Source: a virus
Virus record (IMG/VR): IMGVR_UViG_3300031418_000005
Span: 64,001-128,000 of that record
Strand: one strand, 5' to 3'
Length of the DNA: 64,000 nt
Below are positions 38,932-44,730 of the stretch, in pieces; the stretch's first letter is position 1, and each line of letters starts with the position of its first letter. The notes beneath the pieces are model-generated. The model was not told where the DNA came from. It worked only from the letters and a program-made list of their open reading frames with translations, and made no database searches. Position numbers and translations under genes: made by a program.

Positions 38932-39005
38932 TGGTTTTTCGTGCTACCCCCGACCATGGATGGATTTGTCTTAGGAATGTCTCCGGGACAAGGGTAACAC
39001 AAAAG

Positions 39006-39081
39006 TGGCGACTCCGGCAGGACTCGAACCTGCGACGAGATAATTAACAGTCATCCGTTCTACCAACTGAACTACAGAGTC
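39006..39081 (-). tRNA. tRNA-Asn(GTT)
   Basis: Cloverleaf with loop CTGTTAA, TTCGA T-loop and encoded CCA. Confidence 0.95.
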
Positions 39082-39086
39082 ATAAA

Positions 39087-39165
39087 TCGCGAACACCGTA
39101 CTGGATTCGAACCAGTGAAAAATCCGATTATGGGTCGGGTGCTTTTTCCTCAAGCTAACGGGTTC
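39087..39165 (-). tRNA. Degenerate tRNA-Met/Ile2(CAT), possible pseudo-tRNA
   Basis: The T-arm CACTGG-TTCGAAT-CCAGT is intact and the anticodon loop is CCCATAA (C33). The acceptor stem is bulged and there is no CCA. Confidence 0.6.
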
Positions 39166-39171
39166 ATTGTA

Positions 39172-39247
39172 AGGTCAACGGTTATGGGATTCTAACCCAC
39201 CTGGTCTGTTCGCGAGCACAGTGCATCACAGTTTTGCTTACCGTCGA
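39172..39247 (-). ncRNA. Degenerate tRNA-like RNA (CGC-centred loop)
   Basis: 8-bp acceptor-like stem, short D-arm, CTGT/ACAG arm and a T-like arm GTGGG-TTAGAAT-CCCAT. Ends in ACCT. Confidence 0.5.
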
Positions 39248-39252
39248 TAAAA

Positions 39253-39373
39253 GGGAAGTCACCACCGGACTTGAACCGGTAACCGCACCACTACGCCACC
39301 GCCATTATTGCACCGCGGTGCGTGTTGGTCAGTATTGGTCGTAAGGTGTGCTCTAATCTTGAGCTAGGCGACT
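39253..39373 (-). ncRNA. tRNA-like RNA with a ~45-nt insertion in the anticodon arm
   Basis: Canonical acceptor (AGTCGCC/GGTGACT), D-arm (GCTC/GAGC) and T-arm (ACCGG-TTCAAGT-CCGGT). The anticodon loop is replaced by a long imperfect hairpin. Confidence 0.7.
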
Positions 39374-39380
39374 ATAGATT

Positions 39381-39470
39381 TGGCGGAGAATGAAGGATTC
39401 GAACCTTCGGGCAGCTTGCGCCACCACTCCCTTAGCAGGGGAGCTCTTTCGGCCACTCGGACAATTCTCC
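39381..39470 (-). tRNA. tRNA-Ser(GCT)
   Basis: Class II cloverleaf with loop CTGCTAA, G73 and CCA. Confidence 0.95.
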
Positions 39471-39475
39471 GGAAC

Positions 39476-39553
39476 TGGGGTGTATGGAGAGACTCGAACT
39501 CTCGACCACTGACGTCACAAGCCAGTATTCTAACCAGCTGAACTACATACACC
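39476..39553 (-). tRNA. tRNA-His(GTG)
   Basis: Loop TTGTGAC, G-1:C73 pair and CCA. Confidence 0.95.
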
Positions 39554-39559
39554 ACTAAA

Positions 39560-39640
39560 TGGGGGAACACCCAGGCTTCCACCCAGTCGAGTGGGGACGA
39601 ATCCATCACTCCTGTCATCACTGATGGTGACAATGTTCCC
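39560..39640 (-). ncRNA. CCA-terminated tRNA-like RNA without canonical T/D loops
   Basis: GGGAACA/TGTTCCC stem followed by CCA. Internal hairpins TGTCA/TGACA and CCACTC/GGGTGG. Confidence 0.55.
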
Positions 39641-39647
39641 ATAATGC

Positions 39648-39724
39648 TGGTTGTCTCGAGTAGACTTGAACTACCGACCTCCCGCTTATCAGGCGAGCGC
39701 TCTAACCAACTGAGCTACGAGACA
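39648..39724 (-). tRNA. tRNA-Ile(GAT)
   Basis: Loop CTGATAA, A73 and CCA. Confidence 0.95.
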
Positions 39725-39733
39725 ATTTAAAAA

Positions 39734-39810
39734 TGGCAGAACCGATGGGGCTCGAACCCACGATCTCCTCCGTGACAGGGAGGCGTCTTAACCAACTCGA
39801 CTACGGCTCT
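39734..39810 (-). tRNA. tRNA-Asp(GTC)
   Basis: Loop CTGTCAC, G73 and CCA. Confidence 0.95.
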
Positions 39811-39814
39811 ACAA

Positions 39815-39959
39815 TGGGTGACACTTCTCCGAATCCCACGGAGTTATACGGCTGCGCTTAGCGACCCTCTATCCGAGACCCTCAGGCCCAGTAGACGGTG
39901 GATGCTTTTATTGGCTGCCAGACCTCTAAGCTGCTCAAAGGCGGCGAGGGTCAGTGTCA
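39815..39959 (-). ncRNA. 145-nt CCA-terminated tRNA-like RNA
   Basis: TGACACT/AGTGTCA 7-bp acceptor followed by C-CCA. T-arm-shaped CTCCG-7nt-CGGAG and a large internal domain. Confidence 0.6.
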
Positions 39960-39964
39960 TTGTT

Positions 39965-40040
39965 TGGCGTTCCTGCGGAGAATTGAACTCCGGTTGCCTG
40001 GTTGAAAACCAGGTGTCCTGGACCACTAGACGACAGGAAC
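39965..40040 (-). tRNA. tRNA-Glu(TTC)
   Basis: Loop TTTTCAA, G73 and CCA. Confidence 0.93.
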
Positions 40041-40046
40041 AAATAT

Positions 40047-40132
40047 TGGTGGCGCGGGTTGGATTTGAACCAACGAAGGCCGAAGCCAACAGATTTACAG
40101 TCTGCCCCCTTTAACCGCTCGGGAACCTCGCC
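40047..40132 (-). tRNA. tRNA-Tyr(GTA)
   Basis: Class II, loop CTGTAAA, A73 and CCA. Confidence 0.95.
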
Positions 40133-40240
40133 AATACGTCTGAGAACTCAACTTCGAATTCGCACACGTCTTGGGTGTTTTACATATATTGGTGCAGTCT
40201 TGTAGCGAAATGGGGAAATCGCTATAAGTCGTTGATTTAT

Positions 40241-40316
40241 TGGAGCGAGTAATGAGATTCGAACTCACGACCCTCTGGTTGGGAACCAGATGCTCTACCA
40301 GCTGAGCTATACTCGC
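40241..40316 (-). tRNA. tRNA-Gly(CCC)
   Basis: Loop TTCCCAA, U73 and CCA. Confidence 0.93.
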
Positions 40317-40322
40317 ATTAAG

Positions 40323-40391
40323 TGGGGTTGATGGACTTCTTCTTCTGAGCCAGAGCAGGACTCCGGTCTTAGCGCCTCCAAGCACCAACCC
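40323..40391 (-). ncRNA. CCA-terminated small structured RNA
   Basis: GGTTGGTG/CATCAACC stem followed by CCA, ending 6 nt before tRNA-Gly. Confidence 0.45.
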
Positions 40392-40534
40392 TACTTACTT
40401 TCTTTTCGTGACGTACCGGCCGTATGAGGTACCGCGCCAACTGCAGCACACTGCTGCTCATTCACACTGGGAACTCAATCCCATCAGTTACATTCAGATT
40501 GTGGGGTGAAGGTTGCCTATGTCAGCGAGTCGGC

Positions 40535-40720
40535 TTAATGGGCCGGTGCTTGACCTTCGTCTACAATAGACGTCGCCTGGGTTGAGGACTCTCGTCCTAA
40601 AACAGGTTTATGGCGTTCAGTCCCACATCCTGATAACCAATAAGTATCGAGCTTCCAGAGCTTGAGGTCTTTCAACCAGGTACCCATACGGTACAGAAAC
40701 GCTCTGAACAACTCTTCCAT
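40535..40720 (-). CDS. Possible small protein (61 aa) within a structured region
   Basis: AGGTGA SD 6 nt before the ATG. The 3' half overlaps hairpins, so it may be non-coding. Confidence 0.3.
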   Translation of the reverse strand: MEELFRAFLYRMGTWLKDLKLWKLDTYWLSGCGTERHKPVLGRESSTQATSIVDEGQAPAH

Positions 40721-40730
40721 GTTTAGTCAC

Positions 40731-40869
40731 CTGATAAGTTCATAACGGCAGGATTGCCTACCCGCAGATAGTTCTTTGTGCAATCCGGTTAACGTGGACT
40801 TATTGGCGTGCCACGTTTCTTCACTTCATCCAACCCCAAAAGATGAAACCGTTCCAACAGGGATATCAG
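40731..40869 (-). ncRNA. Four-way-junction structured element
   Basis: CTGATA/TATCAG and AACGG/CCGTT stems enclose three perfect hairpins (TTCATC/GATGAA, AACGTGG/CCACGTT, GGATTGC/GCAATCC). Strand is assumed from context. Confidence 0.5.
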
Positions 40870-40894
40870 CCCCGTCAGTGCAATTAACACACAG

Positions 40895-41731
40895 CTATTG
40901 TTTGGCCGTCCCCATGATGCGTGGTGCATTTTTCAGGAGGATGGATGAAACGGCTTCCAGCAGATCGTCACCGGCATCGGTATTAGCGACTACCAGTGTT
41001 TTGGTGCAAGGGACTTTAACGTCACCACCGAACCACGCGCTGTTGTCAACTTTCGCGGACTTCTTCTCGTAGACCGCTTGCCCGTTAGGCAGTTTGTCGT
41101 TGACGTTCCAGTTGTTCATGTCGATGAGTTTCAGACCTGAACTCTCCTGGTTAACCGCTTCCAGAAACTTATTAGGTTTGCCCGGCGCACTTACCCACAT
41201 GAACGCGTCGTATTCACCCGTGGCCACTTTGGACAGAGAACGGATGCCGCCTTTCGCATAGGTTTCGGTTTTCGAATACTGCTTCACCAAACCTTGCAGG
41301 TATTGCCAACTGGCGTATGAGCCAGAGTCCGGTTCACCGACAGCAATCTTAATGCTGTCTTTGAGGTCAGCTTCATCACCGACCTTACCGTCTTTCTTCA
41401 CAGCCACGAAGACACACTCGTCACCCAACTGGCCAACGATGTCTACGTTCTGAGCTTCGTTCGGGTGCTGTGCGCGCCAGAACTGGAATGCGTCTGCCTG
41501 TGTAAAGCCGAGCTGCGCCGTACCGGCAGCCACTTTATCCAGGTTGTCCAGGGAACCTTTTGACGGTACCACTGTGGACTTGTTGCCGAACTCGTTCAGA
41601 GCACTGGCAAGATTAACGCCGTACGTGGCGTTGTACGTTAAACCCTGTTGACCGGTGGTAATGGTCACGTCCTGTCCTGCAAACGCGCTAAAGCTAATGG
41701 CTGCTACTAAACCGATTAGAAGCTTTCTCAT
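40895..41731 (-). CDS. TAXI-family (TRAP) periplasmic solute-binding protein
   Basis: Sec signal peptide (MRKLLIGLVAAISFSAFA) and TAXI motifs ITTGQQGLTY, SKGSLDNL, LGFTQAD and VGEPDSGS. Confidence 0.8.
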   Translation of the reverse strand: MRKLLIGLVAAISFSAFAGQDVTITTGQQGLTYNATYGVNLASALNEFGNKSTVVPSKGSLDNLDKVAAGTAQLGFTQADAFQFWRAQHPNEAQNVDIVGQLGDECVFVAVKKDGKVGDEADLKDSIKIAVGEPDSGSYASWQYLQGLVKQYSKTETYAKGGIRSLSKVATGEYDAFMWVSAPGKPNKFLEAVNQESSGLKLIDMNNWNVNDKLPNGQAVYEKKSAKVDNSAWFGGDVKVPCTKTLVVANTDAGDDLLEAVSSILLKNAPRIMGTAKQ

Positions 41732-41793
41732 GATTATACCTATTTTTAGATGAGAATTAGAGGAGGTGCGGGGGAACGACCCCGCACCATCAA

Positions 41794-41976
41794 TCAGACC
41801 TTCTTCGCCTTCGCTTTTGACTTAGCGGCAAAGGTTTTGATCACTGGCCATGCCAGGTAGGCTACTAAGCTGATTACAGCGACGTAGGCAATGAGCGTAA
41901 ACGCACGGCCTATGAAGTTGCCAAGCAGCATCAGCAGCAACGCGGCCGCGATGTATAACTTGGTTTTCAGCTTCAT
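41794..41976 (-). CDS. Small membrane protein (two hydrophobic segments)
   Basis: 60 aa with a hydrophobic core and basic termini. Confidence 0.65.
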   Translation of the reverse strand: MKLKTKLYIAAALLLMLLGNFIGRAFTLIAYVAVISLVAYLAWPVIKTFAAKSKAKAKKV

Positions 41977-41979
41977 GGC

Positions 41980-42408
41980 TTAGGCGTCGTAACGCAGACC
42001 CATCGCTTCGGCGATCTGTTTCAGCATCGCTTCTTCGGCAGGTTCGATTTCGCCATCCGCGCGCGCGATAGCAACAGCCACGTCCAGCACGTCTTCGGAC
42101 TCACGCTGGTCGCCTTTCACGTCAGCAATCTGACGAAGGGCAGCACGACGACCGATGTCGATGTCGGCTTCCAGCTGTGCAATGATCGTGGACGCGATAG
42201 CATTAAGTTCACTCTGGAAGTTAGAGAGAACCGGGTTCGCGCGCAGCACTTGTTCGATTTTCGCTTTCTCGGAAGACTCCAGCTCGCCGTCAGCATACGC
42301 AATCAGATACGCAGCATTTACCACAGCTTCGGCCAGGTCGCGTTTGTCGAACTTTTTGATTTCAGACATCGCACGAGAAGAACGTTTCTTTAAGAATCCA
42401 AACATCAC
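41980..42408 (-). CDS. terB: Tellurite-resistance TerB family protein
   Basis: Duplicated AYADGELESSE / ARADGEIEPAE motifs and an AAGGA SD. Confidence 0.85.
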   Translation of the reverse strand: MMFGFLKKRSSRAMSEIKKFDKRDLAEAVVNAAYLIAYADGELESSEKAKIEQVLRANPVLSNFQSELNAIASTIIAQLEADIDIGRRAALRQIADVKGDQRESEDVLDVAVAIARADGEIEPAEEAMLKQIAEAMGLRYDA

Positions 42409-42541
42409 TATTTTCCTTTAGGTGGGTGAGCCAGGGCTCAGGAGTGAAAGACCGTAGAGTAACAAGCACTCCATCTGGCAACACCCCCGAAAGGCTCTAC
42501 GGGTTTTCTATTTCAAAAGTAACACACCGAGCCAAGTGTGT

Positions 42542-42617
42542 TGGAGGGGCAAGCCGGACTTGAACCGACCTGATCCGAATTTGCAATTCGTCGCCTAACC
42601 ACTCGAGCCATTGCCCC
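42542..42617 (-). tRNA. tRNA-Cys(GCA)
   Basis: Loop TTGCAAA, U73 and CCA. The D-arm is slightly irregular. Confidence 0.88.
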
Positions 42618-42647
42618 AAGGTGTGGTGGGCCGAAGCCCACCGGTAT

Positions 42648-42872
42648 TCAGCCTGCGTTGAACGATTCGTGGACGACCCCTTCCGGTAAGTGCGTTGTGC
42701 CAATGTGTTTGCATCTCAGGATTACTCCGTCTTCGTTGCGAAACACATCAGTCCAGCGCCCATGGTTGGGCTTCGTTGCGCGCGCAGCTTGCTCCGTAGG
42801 AGCAGCAACGACTATGGAATCAAACTCGTCGTAACCGACATCGTCTTCACGTTCTAGCAAATACAAGTTCAT
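42648..42872 (-). CDS. Small conserved phage protein
   Basis: MNLYLL...GYDEFDSIVVAAPTE...SFNAG, a common small phage protein pattern. GGAG SD. Confidence 0.65.
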   Translation of the reverse strand: MNLYLLEREDDVGYDEFDSIVVAAPTEQAARATKPNHGRWTDVFRNEDGVILRCKHIGTTHLPEGVVHESFNAG

Positions 42873-42935
42873 GAGAATCTCCAGCGAATGGTCAATTGTC
42901 CTTTCGTGGTTTCTCACATTCTTGCTGGCTAAATT

Positions 42936-43011
42936 TGGCAGGGGAGACAGGACTCGAACCTGCAACATTCGGTTTTGGAGACCGACGCTCTACCAGTTGA
43001 ACTACTCCCCC
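42936..43011 (-). tRNA. tRNA-Trp(CCA)
   Basis: Loop CTCCAAA, G73 and CCA. Confidence 0.95.
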
Positions 43012-43022
43012 AGAATTCTTCA

Positions 43023-43117
43023 CTCAGGTGCCATGCGGATAGGTGGCGATTTCTTGCGTTGGCCAAACAGCGTCAACACCGTATCCCGCAGCCCTAGCTG
43101 TTTTGGTTCTTCCTGAG
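43023..43117. ncRNA. Pseudoknot-capable structured element
   Basis: CTCAGG/CCTGAG closing stem, internal GGATA/TATCC and GGTG/CACC stems, and AAACAGC/GCTGTTT cross-pairing. Confidence 0.4.
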
Positions 43118-43119
43118 GT

Positions 43120-43623
43120 TTATTTTGTTTTTGAGACATGACTAATCTCCCGAATCTCACCGCCAGTGTTCACATCGAACCGTGCCGCAATACTCACTGC
43201 GTCAGCAGCGGATGCACCTGCGGCCATCGCACCGATGGCGAACTCAGAACCACTACCCACCGCAATGGGTGCTGTGACTTTGGTTAGCCATGGCATCTCG
43301 TCGTTCTCGTATTGACCACCGGCGTAAACGTTACCACCCTCGGTAACGACCAGGTAGCTAATCACAATCCCTTTCGGGAACCGTGTGCTGCCGGTCAAGC
43401 CCTGGTAACCCTTCATGCAACTGGACAAGGCTTCACGCAGTGCGTTGTTCCCTTGCAGGCATCCGGCTACCCCGAACGATATCGCTCGCTCTCCGTTCAC
43501 CACCCAGGACTCACCTGGTTGCGGTGTAAAGATTTTCACAGCGTGCATCGACAGGCGGATATCGCCTTGGGTCGTTTGGGAATCACCCGCGAGGGTTTTC
43601 CCGTCGTAGGCGATTGTGGTCAT
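43120..43623 (-). CDS. HslV/proteasome-beta-like Ntn peptidase
   Basis: N-terminal MTTIAYDG...AGDSQ, K33-like VKI, GVAG, AVGSGS and DVNTGG motifs. Confidence 0.85.
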   Translation of the reverse strand: MTTIAYDGKTLAGDSQTTQGDIRLSMHAVKIFTPQPGESWVVNGERAISFGVAGCLQGNNALREALSSCMKGYQGLTGSTRFPKGIVISYLVVTEGGNVYAGGQYENDEMPWLTKVTAPIAVGSGSEFAIGAMAAGASAADAVSIAARFDVNTGGEIREISHVSKTK

Positions 43624-43658
43624 CGCAGTTCTCCGTGGGTTGTTTAACATACCCAACG

Positions 43659-44255
43659 GCTAACTTGTAAATTTTATTCAGCCAGGCATCGACGCTTCAC
43701 AGCGAGAACACCCACCCCTCTCGTCTTCCCGAGCCGCCAAGATTGGATCACCTCCCTCGGGAGTAACCCCAAGTCTACGGTTCTACACGCAGACCCCTAT
43801 CGACGCAACGCCGAATTCGGATTGGCCGCACCCCAGAGCAGGAACAACGAGGACTACCGGAGGTAAGTTCAACGGCGTATACTCGAAGTCCCGCATCTGG
43901 AGCTGCCACGGTACCCGGCACATGTGTGGCGGTGAAAGCGCCCTGCACTACGGCCCCTGAGCCGAATGCAAAAGCCAGATACCTGAATGGGTGGGTGGTT
44001 CAAAGTTTCCCCGCTCGGAACCACCCGTTCGAAGTGCCGCGAAACACTTTGACCGAACATAATAAACAAAACGACAGTGTTAGGCTGAGCGATTTGCTTT
44101 GTCGAGGGCTTCCACGGTCGGAAATTCTCGAAAAAGCACCCTGGCTGGTGAAGACCAGGGTGGAGCTCTGCACATGCAGACAAGACAGCTTCTCAGTGCA
44201 GTGACGCTTGAGAATCATTTCGCATATAACTACTGGCTGACGTAATCGAGTTGGC
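43659..44255 (+). ncRNA. Candidate large (~600 nt) ornate structured ncRNA
   Basis: The two ends pair, and more than 10 internal helices are visible. G-U pairs favour the plus strand. No credible ORF. Confidence 0.6.
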
Positions 44256-44262
44256 AGGGGAG

Positions 44263-44293
44263 AAAAAAATAGCCCCGAGGTTTCCCAGGGGGC
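44263..44293 (-). terminator. Terminator-like hairpin
   Basis: GCCCCCTGG-GAAA-CCTCGGGGC followed by T7 on the minus strand. Confidence 0.6.
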
Positions 44294-44501
44294 GGAGCCA
44301 ACACACAGCAGTCCCTACGACTCTCGGGTCGCTTGGGTTCCCCATCTTACCAGCCTGTAAGAATTCGTTGTTGAAAAATCGCCACTCCCATTCACGCTAC
44401 GTGGAGCTGAGACTCATTCTCGGTCGGGAGTGGCTTTCCCGTAATGCCATCGGGGTCAACTTGTCACACTACTGGGTAGCCTTGTAAAAAATAATTGCTC
44501 C
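44294..44501 (+). ncRNA. Candidate ~200-nt structured RNA
   Basis: GGAGC/GCTCC closure. GCCACTCCC/GGGAGTGGC encloses two hairpins, and further hairpins are present. Confidence 0.45.
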
Positions 44502-44520
44502 CGGTTCACCCCTCGCTCCC

Positions 44521-44730
44521 GATCACGATCTCGTAATAAGGATCACGCGCGCTCGCACACGCGTTTTAAATATATTTATTTATATCTAAAGATATTTATA
44601 TATTTTAATATATTTAATAATATCTAAAGATATTAATATAATAATTATATTTATATATATTTAAAAGATCCTGGAGGATACGGGTGTGCGCGTACGCGCG
44701 TATAATGAAAGCGATCCGCCCAAGATCAAA
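44521..44730. other. Candidate replication origin (symmetric AT-rich core)
   Basis: 103 bp (44564-44666) with only 4 G/C, a direct repeat of ATATCTAAAGATATT and inverted ends. Flanked by CG-alternating tracts and six GATC sites. Confidence 0.55.

Noticed and set aside
40190-40240. Hairpin ending TGCACCA after tRNA-Gly, starting with an att-arm-like ATAAATCAACGACTTA
   Set aside because: The CCA is not adjacent to a closing acceptor stem, the wobble pair favours the other strand, and no integrase is present. Too weak to call.
38515-40388. Short ORFs across the tRNA array (e.g. 39364-39642, 39844-40089, 40095-40388)
   Set aside because: They overlap bona fide tRNA genes and lack SDs.
40500-40873. 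tmRNA beginning GGGGCTGAT on the minus strand
   Set aside because: The 9-nt match is not followed by the GAUUCGAC element, and no matching T-arm/acceptor-CCA 3' end was found.
43678-44240. RNase P RNA interpretation of the large structured element
   Set aside because: Only scattered short resemblances (CCAGGCATCGACGCTTC, GAAGTCC, GGTGAAAG). The universal GAGGAAAGUCC and ACAGAA...GGCUUA P4 strands are absent.
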